A stretch of DNA of 34,597 bases from Patescibacteria group bacterium (GCA_023484305.1 JAMDAL010000012.1:1-34597), one strand, 5' to 3'; shown: positions 1 to 8,895, numbered from the stretch's first letter. Notes: generated from the letters alone by a model not told the origin. Numbers and translations are program-made.

Positions 1-192
1 CAGAAACTCATTAATTATCTGTTATACTACAATACAGTCAGACCACACCAAGCCTTGGGTTACTTAACACCCATGGCTTTTATGTTAAAGGAGGACTTAG
101 AGTCCAAGAAGTACTGGACCAGTACAAAATCTTGCATTTTTCCCTTAAACCTACTAGTATATAAACCAAATGGAAAACGAATTAAGCAATAA
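1..192 (+). mobile_element. 3' fragment of a DDE (rve/integrase-core) IS transposase gene; 5' part lies outside the window
   Basis: Frame +1 is open from base 1 to TAA at 190-192. It reads QKLINYLLYYNTVRPHQALGYLTPMAFMLKED..., the YN-x-x-RPH-x-ALG-x-x-TP signature that closes the catalytic domain of IS3/IS481-type transposases. It is absent from the ORF track because it has no start codon in the window. Confidence 0.7.
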
Positions 193-736
193 CCCCAATT
201 TTAATCAGGAGATAACACCGGGCGCATACAACCAGGAAAACGGCAGTAACAAACTTTTATTTGTAATTATTGCCTTAATTATTCTGGTGGCAGGGGGAGT
301 TTTATTTTTTAAAATTAAGTCCGGTTCCTCCCAAAACGAAGTTGCAAATTCTTTGACTCCCACTGTGACCGAAGCCATGATCGCCACGGCCACACCTTCG
401 CCGACTACTCCTGTAACATCCGTTACCGGTACGCCCGCCCTGACTTCCAAACAGCAGCTTAAAATCGAAATTCTTAACGGTACAGGTAAAGCCGGTGAGG
501 CGGCGTATCTTAAGGGCCAACTAAGTAATGCCGGTTTTGGTACTTTTACCCTTGGCAACGCGGACAGTTTTGCCACTGATTCTGCCGGACAGGTGACTTT
601 TTATGCTAATTTCCCCCAAAATTTAAGAATAGACACAGTCGGGCTTCTGGAAAATATTTATGCTTCTGTTTCCAGTCAGGTTACAACTGACCCGGGAAAA
701 TTTGACGCCGTCATAGTCACTGGAAAAAGAAAATAA
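170..736 (+). CDS. Membrane-anchored LytR_C (LytR/CpsA/Psr C-terminal) domain protein
   Basis: 188 aa. It has an N-terminal TM helix (LLFVIIALIILVAGGVLFF) and a Thr/Pro-rich linker. The C-terminal part, LKIEILNGTGKAGEAAYLKGQLSNAGF...VIVTG, is typical of LytR_C domains. Confidence 0.7.
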   Translation: MENELSNNPNFNQEITPGAYNQENGSNKLLFVIIALIILVAGGVLFFKIKSGSSQNEVANSLTPTVTEAMIATATPSPTTPVTSVTGTPALTSKQQLKIEILNGTGKAGEAAYLKGQLSNAGFGTFTLGNADSFATDSAGQVTFYANFPQNLRIDTVGLLENIYASVSSQVTTDPGKFDAVIVTGKRK

Positions 737-755
737 TAGAATGGAATAAATAATT

Positions 756-3122
756 ATGCCTGCCCCCAATTTTAACGGTTTAACCTCCTTTGACGCAGGT
801 CAAAAACTGCAAAAATACGGATTAAACGAAATCCCCGAACCGACAAACCGCCTGTTAAAAAAAATATTAAGCAATCTGTTTTCCCCTATCAGTTTTATGC
901 TTTTGGCAGCCTCTCTTTTGTCTTTTTTCACCGACAAAATTTTTGACGGTTTTTTTATTCTTTTTCTTTTGCTTTTAAACAGTTTTGTAACTTTGTGGCA
1001 GGAAAGAAAAGCCGACAACGCCATAAAAAAACTTAACCAAAATCTTTCGTTACAGGTTAACGTCTTAAGAGACGGAGTTTGGCAAAAAGTGAGTTCCAAA
1101 AATATCGTTTCCGGCGATGTTGTTAAACTGGTTTATGGCAATGTAATTCCTGCTGACGGAATAATTTTAGACCAGAAAAACGCCAGTTTTAACGAATCAA
1201 CTTTGACCGGTGAATCTTTGCCAAAACAAAAAGCCGACAAAGAAAAAGTTTTTTCCGGTTCTTTTCTAACTACGGGATTAATGACAATGGAAGTATCTGC
1301 AACCGGCGTTAATACCTATTTTGGCAAAACGATTTTCAGCGTGGAAAAAGTCCGCAAAAGAAGTTTATTGGAAATTGATATAATCAGGGTCAGCAAATTT
1401 CTTTCCGCCCTAAGCATTGTTGCCATCATTATTTTAAGTTTAATTTTTTTTATAAAGCGCGTTGCCGCAGTTGATATTTTAACGCTGGATTTAACTCTTC
1501 TTATAGCCGGAATTCCTATAAGTCTTCCCACGGTGATGACTTTGATTATTGAACTGGGAGTGGTGGAATTGGCAAAAAAAAGCGTTATCGTACGCCGGCT
1601 TTCTGCCCTGGAAGATTTATCCAATGTAAACTATTTGTTGACCGATAAGACCGGAACCTTAACCCAAAATTTAATCACCGTTCAAAAGATTATTTCTTAT
1701 CAAAATTACACTTCTGATGATGTTTTGCTTTTTGCCTTTTTAACATCGCAGGGCGAAAACGAAAGCCCTATTAATCAGGCCATATTAAAAAAAGCAGCAG
1801 AAAAAAACATCAACAACGCCGGATACGAAGTGATTGATTTTGTGCCGGTGGATTTAAACCGCAAACTAAGCAGCGCGGTTTTAAAAAAGGACGAACAGAC
1901 TACCAGCGTCTCAGTTGGGGCGCCGCAGGAAATAGAAAAACTTTGTGTTTTAAACAGCGCGCAAAAAGAAAAGCTGGAGAAAGATATTCAGGGTTTGGCA
2001 GAAAAAGGGTACCGGGCGGTGGCTGTGGCCTCTGTTCCCGACAGGTCAGATAAAAATATGCAGCTGGTTGGTTTAATTTCTTTATCTGATACGCTAAGAG
2101 ATGAAGCAAAAGACGTGGTTGATTTTCTGATACAAAACGGCATTGCCGTTTCCATGGTTACAGGCGACAGTTTTGCCATCAGTTCTGAAATTGCCAGAAA
2201 AGTCGGTCTGGAAAAAGGGCAGGTTTTAACCAAACAGCAAATTGAAAATACGGGCTGGGATAAAGTTAACAGGGAAACGTTTTTAACCACCGGCGCTTTT
2301 AGCGAGATTTTGCCTGAGGACAAGTTCCGTCTGGTACAAATTGCCAAAAACTATTTTACGGTATCCAGTAACGGCGACGGGATTAATGATCTCCCGGCCC
2401 TAAAAGAGGCCAATGTGGGGATGGCCGTTTCTAATGCGGTTGATGCTTTAAAAGCCACGGCGGATATTGTCCTTCTTTCTTCGGGCATAACTGTTATTAA
2501 AGACGCCATTATCGAAGCCAGAAAAATTTTCGAGCGTTTATACACCTATTCGGTCTATCGGATTTCTGAAAGCCAGAGGTTGATTGTGACCATTGTGGTT
2601 TTAGGATTAATTTACAAAGTATATCCTTTGACTCCGTTACAGCTTATTTTGCTGGCCCTGTTAAACGATATTCCCATTATTACTTTGGCATTTGACAAGG
2701 TTAAAGTGACACAGCGGCCGGCCAAGATAAATGTGGCAGACCGTTTTGTTCTCAGTTCGCTTTTTGGGATGGCAGGAATTGCCAACAGCCTTTTAATGTT
2801 TATGGTTTTTACCAAGGTTTTTCCCGTTTCCTGGGAAGTTTTGCAGACTCTTTTTTTTCTCAAACTCACCGTTTCCGGACATATGCTTATCTATGTGGCG
2901 CATACCAAAGAGCGTTGGTTTAAGTTTTTGCCCAGCAAAGAGATTATCTGGGCCACCAGTTTAACGCAGATTACAGCCTCCTTTTTGGCCCTCACAGGTT
3001 TATTTATGCCTTCTTTTGCGCCATTTTACTTAGTGCTTTTTGTTTGGATTTGGTCATTCTTCTGGATGCAAATTACCGAGGGAGCCAAAATTCTTAAGTC
3101 CAAACTACAGGTGCCTGCCTAA
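756..3122 (+). CDS. Cation-transporting P-type ATPase, type IIIA (plasma-membrane H+-ATPase-like)
   Basis: 788 aa with the P-type motifs TGES (LTGESLP), the phosphorylation site DKTGTLT, MVTGD, and GDGINDLPALKEANVGMAV. The N-terminus (GLNEIPEPTNRLLKKILSNLFSPISFML) and overall length resemble H+-ATPase-type pumps. Ion specificity is inferred only. Confidence 0.85.
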   Translation: MPAPNFNGLTSFDAGQKLQKYGLNEIPEPTNRLLKKILSNLFSPISFMLLAASLLSFFTDKIFDGFFILFLLLLNSFVTLWQERKADNAIKKLNQNLSLQVNVLRDGVWQKVSSKNIVSGDVVKLVYGNVIPADGIILDQKNASFNESTLTGESLPKQKADKEKVFSGSFLTTGLMTMEVSATGVNTYFGKTIFSVEKVRKRSLLEIDIIRVSKFLSALSIVAIIILSLIFFIKRVAAVDILTLDLTLLIAGIPISLPTVMTLIIELGVVELAKKSVIVRRLSALEDLSNVNYLLTDKTGTLTQNLITVQKIISYQNYTSDDVLLFAFLTSQGENESPINQAILKKAAEKNINNAGYEVIDFVPVDLNRKLSSAVLKKDEQTTSVSVGAPQEIEKLCVLNSAQKEKLEKDIQGLAEKGYRAVAVASVPDRSDKNMQLVGLISLSDTLRDEAKDVVDFLIQNGIAVSMVTGDSFAISSEIARKVGLEKGQVLTKQQIENTGWDKVNRETFLTTGAFSEILPEDKFRLVQIAKNYFTVSSNGDGINDLPALKEANVGMAVSNAVDALKATADIVLLSSGITVIKDAIIEARKIFERLYTYSVYRISESQRLIVTIVVLGLIYKVYPLTPLQLILLALLNDIPIITLAFDKVKVTQRPAKINVADRFVLSSLFGMAGIANSLLMFMVFTKVFPVSWEVLQTLFFLKLTVSGHMLIYVAHTKERWFKFLPSKEIIWATSLTQITASFLALTGLFMPSFAPFYLVLFVWIWSFFWMQITEGAKILKSKLQVPA

Positions 3123-3154
3123 ACCACCCGGAAGGCGGTGGTATGAATCGGTAC

Positions 3155-4102
3155 CTATTTCTGTGAGAGTGTTAAATTAAGTATAAAAGCAAAAAAGCAG
3201 AGAAGTAGCAGAATGCCCACAAATTTCGGAATAACTCTGCCTTTATAATAAAAGACAATTACCGAAAGAATAGAAGTTGCAGCGATGAAAAAAAGCCAGT
3301 CGCTTCCGGGTATAACGGCAATCGGGGTAATTAGCGCTACCACAGCGCCAATAAAAAGCAGATTGTAGATATTACTGCCTAAAATATTGCCAATGCTGAT
3401 TTTTTCCTCATGTTCTTTGACACTTAAAATCGTTGTGAGAAGTTCAGGCAGAGAAGTGACAATTGCCGTCAGAGACAACCCTAATACAGTAGTTGAATAG
3501 CCGGTTGCCGCAGCTAACGTTTCCACCGAACGCACGGTGGCAACACCCCCGGCAAAAATCCCCGCTAAGCAAAAGGACAAAAACAAAACATCCCTAAGAT
3601 TAAACGAGCCGTTTTTTTGTTTATCAAGCATTATTTTATCTTCATTTTCGCGACCTCTTAAGCCCCAAAAATACTCAGAAGAGGTGAATAAGACGGCGCA
3701 GACTAAAAGGATTAATCCGGAAATTGGAGGAATATGAAAAACTGCAATAGAAAATAAAAAGATATTAGTTGCCAAAAGCATCATCAGGGTATTGCGTTGC
3801 GTTTTGGCGGTGCCGATTCTTATATTGCCAAAAAGTATGCCTATGGCCAAGACCAAAAAAACATTGCTGATGTTTGAACCTATGATGTTTCCCAGGGCCA
3901 GGCCGGAGTCGCCTTGCAGGGCGGCAATTCCCGAAACCGACAGTTCGGGCAGGGAAGTGCCAATGGCTACAATGGTTATGCCGATAACCAAGGGAGAAAG
4001 TTTAATTTTGCCTGAAAGTTTTTCGGCCAAAAAAATTAAATTTTGAGTGGAAAAAAGCAAAACGGCAACGCCGGTTATAAAAATAATAATAGCACTAAGC
4101 AT
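3155..4102 (-). CDS. CaCA family sodium/calcium exchanger (YrbG-like)
   Basis: 315 aa polytopic membrane protein. It carries the two alpha-repeat signatures GTSLPELSVS...GNIIGSNISNVFLVLAIG and VTSLPELLTT...GNILGSNIYNLLFIGAV. Confidence 0.85.
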   Translation of the reverse strand: MLSAIIIFITGVAVLLFSTQNLIFLAEKLSGKIKLSPLVIGITIVAIGTSLPELSVSGIAALQGDSGLALGNIIGSNISNVFLVLAIGILFGNIRIGTAKTQRNTLMMLLATNIFLFSIAVFHIPPISGLILLVCAVLFTSSEYFWGLRGRENEDKIMLDKQKNGSFNLRDVLFLSFCLAGIFAGGVATVRSVETLAAATGYSTTVLGLSLTAIVTSLPELLTTILSVKEHEEKISIGNILGSNIYNLLFIGAVVALITPIAVIPGSDWLFFIAATSILSVIVFYYKGRVIPKFVGILLLLCFFAFILNLTLSQK

Positions 4103-4141
4103 ATTTAAGTCCTTTCTCAGTATAAAACAATACTCTTATTA

Positions 4142-4170
4142 TTGACAAATCAGGCATTGATAACTATTCT
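4142..4170 (+). promoter_or_regulatory. Sigma70-type promoter, TTGACA-N17-TATTCT, ending 9 nt before the ATG at 4180
   Basis: Perfect -35 TTGACA at 4142-4147, a 17-nt spacer, then TATTCT at 4165-4170. No Shine-Dalgarno lies in the 9 nt before the start codon. Confidence 0.45.
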
Positions 4171-4179
4171 TTTGGCAAG

Positions 4180-5670
4180 ATGAATTTTCGGATTAAGGAT
4201 ATTTTTAAGGACAAATACCGCTTTTTAATGTGGTTGGCAATTGTACTTTTTTCCGCATATTTTATTTTTCTTTCCTTCCAAAGACACGATAATTATTTTT
4301 CCCGGCGGCTGGATTTGGGCAATATGGACCAGACGGTTTGGAACGTTTTGCACGGCAACGGATTTACCATGACCAATCCGGCCGGGGTTAACCAGGAATC
4401 GCGGCTGGCAGTCCACGCCGATTTTCTTTTAATATTGCTGGCTCCGTTTTATCTGGTTTGGTCAGACCCTAAAATGCTTTTGGTTATCCAAACGATCGTG
4501 ATGGAAACGGGTGCGCTGGCTGTTTATTGGATTGCTTTGGAAAAACTTAAAAACAAAAAAAAGGCGCTGTTTTTTGGAGTGTCATACCTTTTATATCCGC
4601 CCCTGCAAAGGCTTTTGCTGCATGATTTTCATGCCGTGGCCTTGTCAACCACCTTTTTACTTTTTGCTTACTGGTTTATGATAAAAAAGAACTATGTTCG
4701 GTTTTTAATTTTTGCTTTGCTGGCAGCCCTGGGCAAAGAGCAGGTTTGGCTTATAACAGGATTAATGGGATTGTATATTGCTTTTATCCAGCAGGGAACA
4801 AATTTGTCTGTTAACAGAAAAAGGCTGTTGGGCATAACCATAGCCTCGTCGAGTTTTTTGATTTTTTATTTTTTAATGTGGAAATTTATACCGCAGGTAA
4901 CTGCAAATGGCCAGCATTTCGCCCTTACCTATCTTTCCGATTTCGGCGACAGCCAGAACCAGATTATTAAACATATACTTACGGAACCCTTTTTAACAGT
5001 TAAAACTCTTTTTGCCCCCGACCGGCTGTTTTATTTTTTCCAGATTATGATTCCTCTGGGATTATTGAGCATTATTAACCCGTTTAAACTTGTTTTTGCG
5101 GCTCCCGACCTTTTGATTAATGCCTTAAGCAGCAATCAGCTGATGCGCCAGATTGATTATCAATATAACAGCACTATTGCCCCTTTTATTTTTATCAGCA
5201 GTATAGAAGGCTACTTGGTCGCGGAAAAATTTTTGAAAAAAATCAGCAACAAAAATATAAACCGTCTTAGTTTAAGGCTGTTTCCAATTTTAATCGCGGG
5301 TTTTGTTTTAACCGCATCGTTTTTATGGGGGGAGCTTCCGGGAGAAAAAGAATCGCGCTTTTTTTACTTCACTGCGGCGCCTTGGGAAAAACCTGTTTTG
5401 GATAAAATCATCAAATCCATAGGGACGCGGTATTCCGTTTCTGTATCCAATAATATCGGCGCCCATTTATCCCAGCGCGAATTTTTGTATAATTATCCTG
5501 TCAACGGTTTAAAAGCCGATTACGTTTTAGTTCAACTGGGCGACCCTTATGCCTGGCCCAGCGACAAGGAACAAAAAAAAGTCTTAAAAGAGCTTTTGGC
5601 CGACAAAAATTATTTTTTAATGGACCATGTTAATAATTTTTATGCTTTCAGAAGGATAAACGATTTATGA
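4180..5670 (+). CDS. DUF2079-family polytopic membrane protein (probable GT-C-like glycosyltransferase)
   Basis: 496 aa with many TM helices. The N-terminal RLDLGNMDQTVWNVLHG motif is characteristic of DUF2079. Its stop overlaps the next start (ATGA at 5667-5670). Confidence 0.7.
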   Translation: MNFRIKDIFKDKYRFLMWLAIVLFSAYFIFLSFQRHDNYFSRRLDLGNMDQTVWNVLHGNGFTMTNPAGVNQESRLAVHADFLLILLAPFYLVWSDPKMLLVIQTIVMETGALAVYWIALEKLKNKKKALFFGVSYLLYPPLQRLLLHDFHAVALSTTFLLFAYWFMIKKNYVRFLIFALLAALGKEQVWLITGLMGLYIAFIQQGTNLSVNRKRLLGITIASSSFLIFYFLMWKFIPQVTANGQHFALTYLSDFGDSQNQIIKHILTEPFLTVKTLFAPDRLFYFFQIMIPLGLLSIINPFKLVFAAPDLLINALSSNQLMRQIDYQYNSTIAPFIFISSIEGYLVAEKFLKKISNKNINRLSLRLFPILIAGFVLTASFLWGELPGEKESRFFYFTAAPWEKPVLDKIIKSIGTRYSVSVSNNIGAHLSQREFLYNYPVNGLKADYVLVQLGDPYAWPSDKEQKKVLKELLADKNYFLMDHVNNFYAFRRINDL

Positions 5671-6596
5671 AAAAAACAGAACTAAGCCTGGTGATACCTC
5701 TTTACAACGAAAAGGAAAGCCTTAGGGAATTAATAGACAAAACTGACTCGGCTCTTAAAAACTACGTTTTTGAATATATTTTTATTGATGACGGTTCAAC
5801 CGATGACAGTTTTAATGAGCTAATCAGAATTAAAAAAGACCGCAAGAGTGCATTTAAAATTGTCCGGTTCCGTAAAAACCAGGGCAAATCCGCAGCGCTA
5901 TCAGTCGGTTTTAAAATGGCCGGAGGCGAAAAAATTGTGACTCTGGATGCGGATTTGCAGGACAGTCCTGAAGAAATTCCCGGTCTTTTGAAAAAACTTG
6001 ATAAGGGATTTGACTTGGTAATCGGCTGGCGAAAAGACAGGCAGGACCCGAAAAATAAAATCAGGCTGTCGCATTTTTTTAACGCTGTGGTTTGCCGGGC
6101 GGCCAATTTGTCTTTGCATGATATGAACAGCGGGCTTAAGGTTATGAAGGCGGAGGTGGCCAAAGAAATTGAATTATATGGGGAATTGCACAGGTTTATT
6201 CCCGTTTTGGCTGTGGGCCGGGGTTTTTCCGTCGGCGAGGAGCCGGTCCGCCATAGCGAAAGAAAATATGGTTCTTCCAAATTCGGCCGGGAAAGGATTT
6301 TTCATGCCGTGTTTGATTTAATTACCACCTCGTTTTTGATTTCCTTTAAAAACCGGCCTTTGCAGATTTTTGGGCCCTTGGGGTTTTTATCGGGCAGCAT
6401 AGGGTTGGTTATTCTTTTTTATCTGTCCTATTTGCATTTTATAGGAGAGTCTATCGGCAGAAGGCCGCTTTTGTTTTTGGGCATCCTGTTTGTGCTTTTC
6501 GGCGTTCAGATATTTTTAACCGGGCTTCTGGGAGAACTTATTATAAGCACTCATATTCAAAAAGAGAAAAAACCTATTAGCGAGATTGTAGAATGA
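5667..6596 (+). CDS. GT2 polyprenyl-phosphate glycosyltransferase (GtrB/ArnC/DPM1-like) with two C-terminal TM helices
   Basis: 309 aa. It has LVIPLYNEKESL, IFIDDGSTDDS and LDADLQD (DxD) motifs, plus a C-terminal membrane anchor. It is translationally coupled to the DUF2079 gene. Confidence 0.85.
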   Translation: MKKTELSLVIPLYNEKESLRELIDKTDSALKNYVFEYIFIDDGSTDDSFNELIRIKKDRKSAFKIVRFRKNQGKSAALSVGFKMAGGEKIVTLDADLQDSPEEIPGLLKKLDKGFDLVIGWRKDRQDPKNKIRLSHFFNAVVCRAANLSLHDMNSGLKVMKAEVAKEIELYGELHRFIPVLAVGRGFSVGEEPVRHSERKYGSSKFGRERIFHAVFDLITTSFLISFKNRPLQIFGPLGFLSGSIGLVILFYLSYLHFIGESIGRRPLLFLGILFVLFGVQIFLTGLLGELIISTHIQKEKKPISEIVE

Positions 6597-6606
6597 TATT
6601 TTCTTT

Positions 6607-6798
6607 GTCATTCCCGGCCAGGCAGGGGATTCAGACAATAATTATCGTTCGAGCGTTAGCGAGAACTATTAAATGTTAAGAACTTCTCACTTCCTGCCTG
6701 TCCGGCAGGCAGGCGTTCGAAGAATATTATATTGATTCCCGATTGCCTGTCCGCCCTGCCTACCGGCAGGCAGGCGGCAGGAGGGGATCGAAAATGAC
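6607..6798. repeat. Mosaic of nested palindromic repeats (families A, B and C)
   Basis: A: gtcattcccggccaggcaggggattc (6607-6632). B, reverse orientation: tcgttcgagcgttagcgagaac...cttctcacttc[...]gttcgaagaatatt (about 6636-6728). C, inserted in B: cctgcctgtccggcaggcagg (6693-6713). Degenerate A: gattcccg...ggggatcgaaaatgac (6734-6798), which contains a second C copy, cctgcctaccggcaggcagg (6755-6774). Confidence 0.8.
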
Positions 6799-7072
6799 AG
6801 GTAATACTTTTATGAAAATTGACTTTCTTGTTCTCTTTGGTTTTTTTGCACAGTTTGTTTTTTTTCTGCGTTTTGTAGTGCAGTGGCTGGCTTCGGAAAA
6901 AGAAAAGAAGAGCGTTATTCCTATGAGTTTTTGGTACCTAAGCATTATTGGTTCAATCTTGATTTTGATTTATGCCGTAAAAAGGCACGATCCGGTTTTT
7001 AGCGTCGCCCAGTTTTTAGCCCTTTTTATCTATCTTCGCAATATCATCTTAAGAAAGAAACAAAAAGATTAA
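6794..7072 (+). CDS. Lipid-A-disaccharide synthase N-terminal (LAB_N) domain small membrane protein
   Basis: The ORF track starts at 6743, but the first 17 codons read through repeat sequence (PVRPAYRQAGGRRG). The ATG at 6794 follows an AGGAGG Shine-Dalgarno at 6779-6784. The sequence FAQFVFFLRFVVQWLASEKEKKSVIPMSFWYLSIIGSILILIYAVKRHDPVF matches the LAB_N pattern. Confidence 0.7.
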   Translation: MTGNTFMKIDFLVLFGFFAQFVFFLRFVVQWLASEKEKKSVIPMSFWYLSIIGSILILIYAVKRHDPVFSVAQFLALFIYLRNIILRKKQKD

Positions 7073-7899
7073 ACTTTAAAAGCCACGACGGGAAATTTTG
7101 TCCAAAATCCGCCCGGACGGTAAGCAGTTTCCGCGAAATTTCTGGGACCGTCAACGTCGTAAGCGATTTTTTCTAATTTGGAGTATAGCAGGGTTAAAAT
7201 TCCAAAGCCATTAGCGCTCCCCCGCGCGTATGGCGTACGATGGTCGGTGTTGACAAGCGAAACCCGACCGGTTTTATCATCAAGCGCAAAAGCCAGCAAA
7301 TCATGGGTATCCAAAGTTTGGGTGGAGTCGGAAATCTGGTCGTCATTGACGGCCACAGTGGAAATCATCACCAAAAAACCCTGTTTAATAAAATCGGATA
7401 ATTCCCCGAAACTTTTGATTTGAGTTGAAGATGTTTTACAGCCCAGTTTAAGAAAAAGCCGGGTTTTTAAATAATCGGTGATTCCGTTCTCCCCGATTCT
7501 GCCCATTTTGCCGTTATACAGGGCGTGTCCGTCCCGGTAAATTCCCAAACCCCTAGCCTTGTTAACCACGTCGTTAAAAGTTATATCAGCCCCTTGCATT
7601 TTCATTCCGATCCAGGCCAGGCGCAAAGAGCAGGCCCAGCCGGAAAGTTCAGAATTCTCATAATCATGGGGCGTTTCCACGCGTGACAGATTGCCGGAAA
7701 CATTGCCGGAAACAGCTACAAAGCCCTTTTGATAGTTTTTATCTCTTAAACGAAAAGGTTCTATTTCTACCGGTTGCAAATTAATATCCGGCAACGCAAA
7801 TTTTACGACCGAAAGGCCGGGTTGTTTTTGTTCTATAAACATAATCTCTGTAATATACCACTTATTTTTTGGAAATGGTTGTACGAAGACGGAAGGCAT
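7069..7899 (-). CDS. Hypothetical protein with a C39-like (papain-fold) cysteine peptidase signature
   Basis: 276 aa. ENSELSGWACSLRLAWIGMKMQGADITFNDVV fits the catalytic-Cys helix of peptidase_C39_2-type domains. THDLLAFALDDKTGRVSLVNTD fits their His strand. I recognised this by motif only. A start at the M20 codon (7842) is also possible. Confidence 0.4.
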   Translation of the reverse strand: MPSVFVQPFPKNKWYITEIMFIEQKQPGLSVVKFALPDINLQPVEIEPFRLRDKNYQKGFVAVSGNVSGNLSRVETPHDYENSELSGWACSLRLAWIGMKMQGADITFNDVVNKARGLGIYRDGHALYNGKMGRIGENGITDYLKTRLFLKLGCKTSSTQIKSFGELSDFIKQGFLVMISTVAVNDDQISDSTQTLDTHDLLAFALDDKTGRVSLVNTDHRTPYARGSANGFGILTLLYSKLEKIAYDVDGPRNFAETAYRPGGFWTKFPVVAFKV

Positions 7900-8004
7900 A
7901 ATAAAGAAGTAAAACCCGAAAGGGGACCAACCGGTTTAGATGGTGAAGGTAATTATTGGAAAAAGGTGTGATGGTAAGAAGAGCAGGAAGTTAACCAGCA
8001 ATAT

Positions 8005-8853
8005 TCATTTTACAAAAACCCGGCCTTTTTGTTTTAAAACAAAATCAACCGCTTCCGTTAAGGAGTTAACAACCACACTTTTATTTGTGTTGGAAAACCA
8101 ATGTCGTTCCCAAGGCGGTGTGTAAGCGCCTGTAACTAAAGCCGTGCCAATATTTAACCAATTTGGCAAATATAATTCCAATTCGCCAATATCTCCAAAA
8201 ACCGCGGCGATGGGACTAAGGCGTCTAAGCGCTTCTAAATATTTTGGCCTCCCCAAATATACCGGTCTGCCTAAACCAGGAACATTTAGGCCTAGTGGTA
8301 TTTCAGGAGATAGGCTTTGTGGAGAAACAACAAATTTTTGGGCGTCTCCGACAACCTGAATATGGTTTTTCTCCCCAATTAGGGCATCAATTTTGTAGCG
8401 TACGCTGCCGGTACTGGAATTGGTGACAACCACAAATTTTCTGCTGGAACTAAGTCTTTTTAAAGCATCAATGGCATCCGGTTTAAAAAGAGCAGGAGTA
8501 CGTTTGTAAGCATAACCATAAAGTTGATTTAAGAATGCATCGGTTTCGTTTTGGTCTGGAAGATTTTTATAATTTTCGGCCCGCAGGCTGTCAATGACAA
8601 GTTTGGCACAGGCTTGGCTAAAAAGAATAATATCTGCCGCAGGCGCCACAATAATGCCGTTAATTTCCCAGCCGTACTCGCCGGGGTTTTTTAAGATTTC
8701 CTGTCCCGCGGCGGCCATTAAATCGTGAGTATAATTTTGATTTAAAGAGCAAAGTTTGGCAAACAGGGCAGTAAAGTTTTCTATATAAACAGGACTATTA
8801 AAGGTGAATGTTCCGTCGAAATCGCCCAAAATATTTCCTGCCTCTTTATTCAT
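8005..8853 (-). CDS. HAD-superfamily hydrolase-like protein
   Basis: Motif I GDFDGTFTF lies near the N-terminus, motif II is VVVTNSST, and motif IV-like is FGDIGELE. The track start at 8874 is a TTG. The ATG at 8853-8851 sits 6 nt downstream of a TATAAT box. Confidence 0.55.
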   Translation of the reverse strand: MNKEAGNILGDFDGTFTFNSPVYIENFTALFAKLCSLNQNYTHDLMAAAGQEILKNPGEYGWEINGIIVAPAADIILFSQACAKLVIDSLRAENYKNLPDQNETDAFLNQLYGYAYKRTPALFKPDAIDALKRLSSSRKFVVVTNSSTGSVRYKIDALIGEKNHIQVVGDAQKFVVSPQSLSPEIPLGLNVPGLGRPVYLGRPKYLEALRRLSPIAAVFGDIGELELYLPNWLNIGTALVTGAYTPPWERHWFSNTNKSVVVNSLTEAVDFVLKQKGRVFVK

Positions 8854-8859
8854 ATAAAA

Positions 8860-8865
8860 ATTATA
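8860..8865 (-). promoter_or_regulatory. -10 box TATAAT, 6 nt upstream of the ATG at 8853 (leaderless geometry)
   Basis: The minus-strand sense reads ggtgttaTATAATttttatATG. Confidence 0.4.
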
Positions 8866-8886
8866 TAACACCAAGCAAATTTTCTG

Positions 8887-8895
8887 TGCTACAAT
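8887..8895 (+). promoter_or_regulatory. Extended -10 promoter TGcTACAAT, 6 nt upstream of the ATG at 8902 (leaderless geometry)
   Basis: The sequence is tgTGcTACAATggatttATG, with no Shine-Dalgarno. Confidence 0.5.

Noticed and set aside
205-576. Antisense or overlapping ORFs in the track. Examples are 205-576(-), 1988-2347(-), 5762-6280(-), 12954-13355(-), 14564-14908(+), 18779-19120(-), 23281-23670(+), 28742-29107(+), 31422-31826(+) and 33273-33662(-).
   Set aside because: Each lies entirely within a longer ORF on the other strand or frame that has clear family motifs. Their translations are low-complexity or Arg/Ser/Leu/Pro-rich, as is typical of shadow frames.
3123-3154. The hairpin accacccggaaggcggtggt between the convergent P-type ATPase and CaCA genes, considered as a bidirectional terminator.
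   Set aside because: The stem is short and imperfect, and neither side has a U-tract. That is too weak to call as a feature.
5668-5670. Possibility of an alternative genetic code (TGA recoding, as in some CPR lineages).
   Set aside because: TGA closes well-supported genes at sensible lengths: DUF2079 at 5670, GT2 at 6596, and the 146-aa gene at 31382. Conserved proteins (dnaB, hisS, ychF, P-type ATPase) have no in-frame TGA. An RF1 is present, and TAG and TAA are also used as stops.
6600-6800. Clustered short palindromes here and at 24506-24575, 25511-25629 and 32551-32735, considered as a possible CRISPR array.
   Set aside because: There is no regularly spaced identical direct repeat with unique spacers. 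The units are self-complementary, differ in family, and are nested or inverted. They behave like REP/MITE-type elements.
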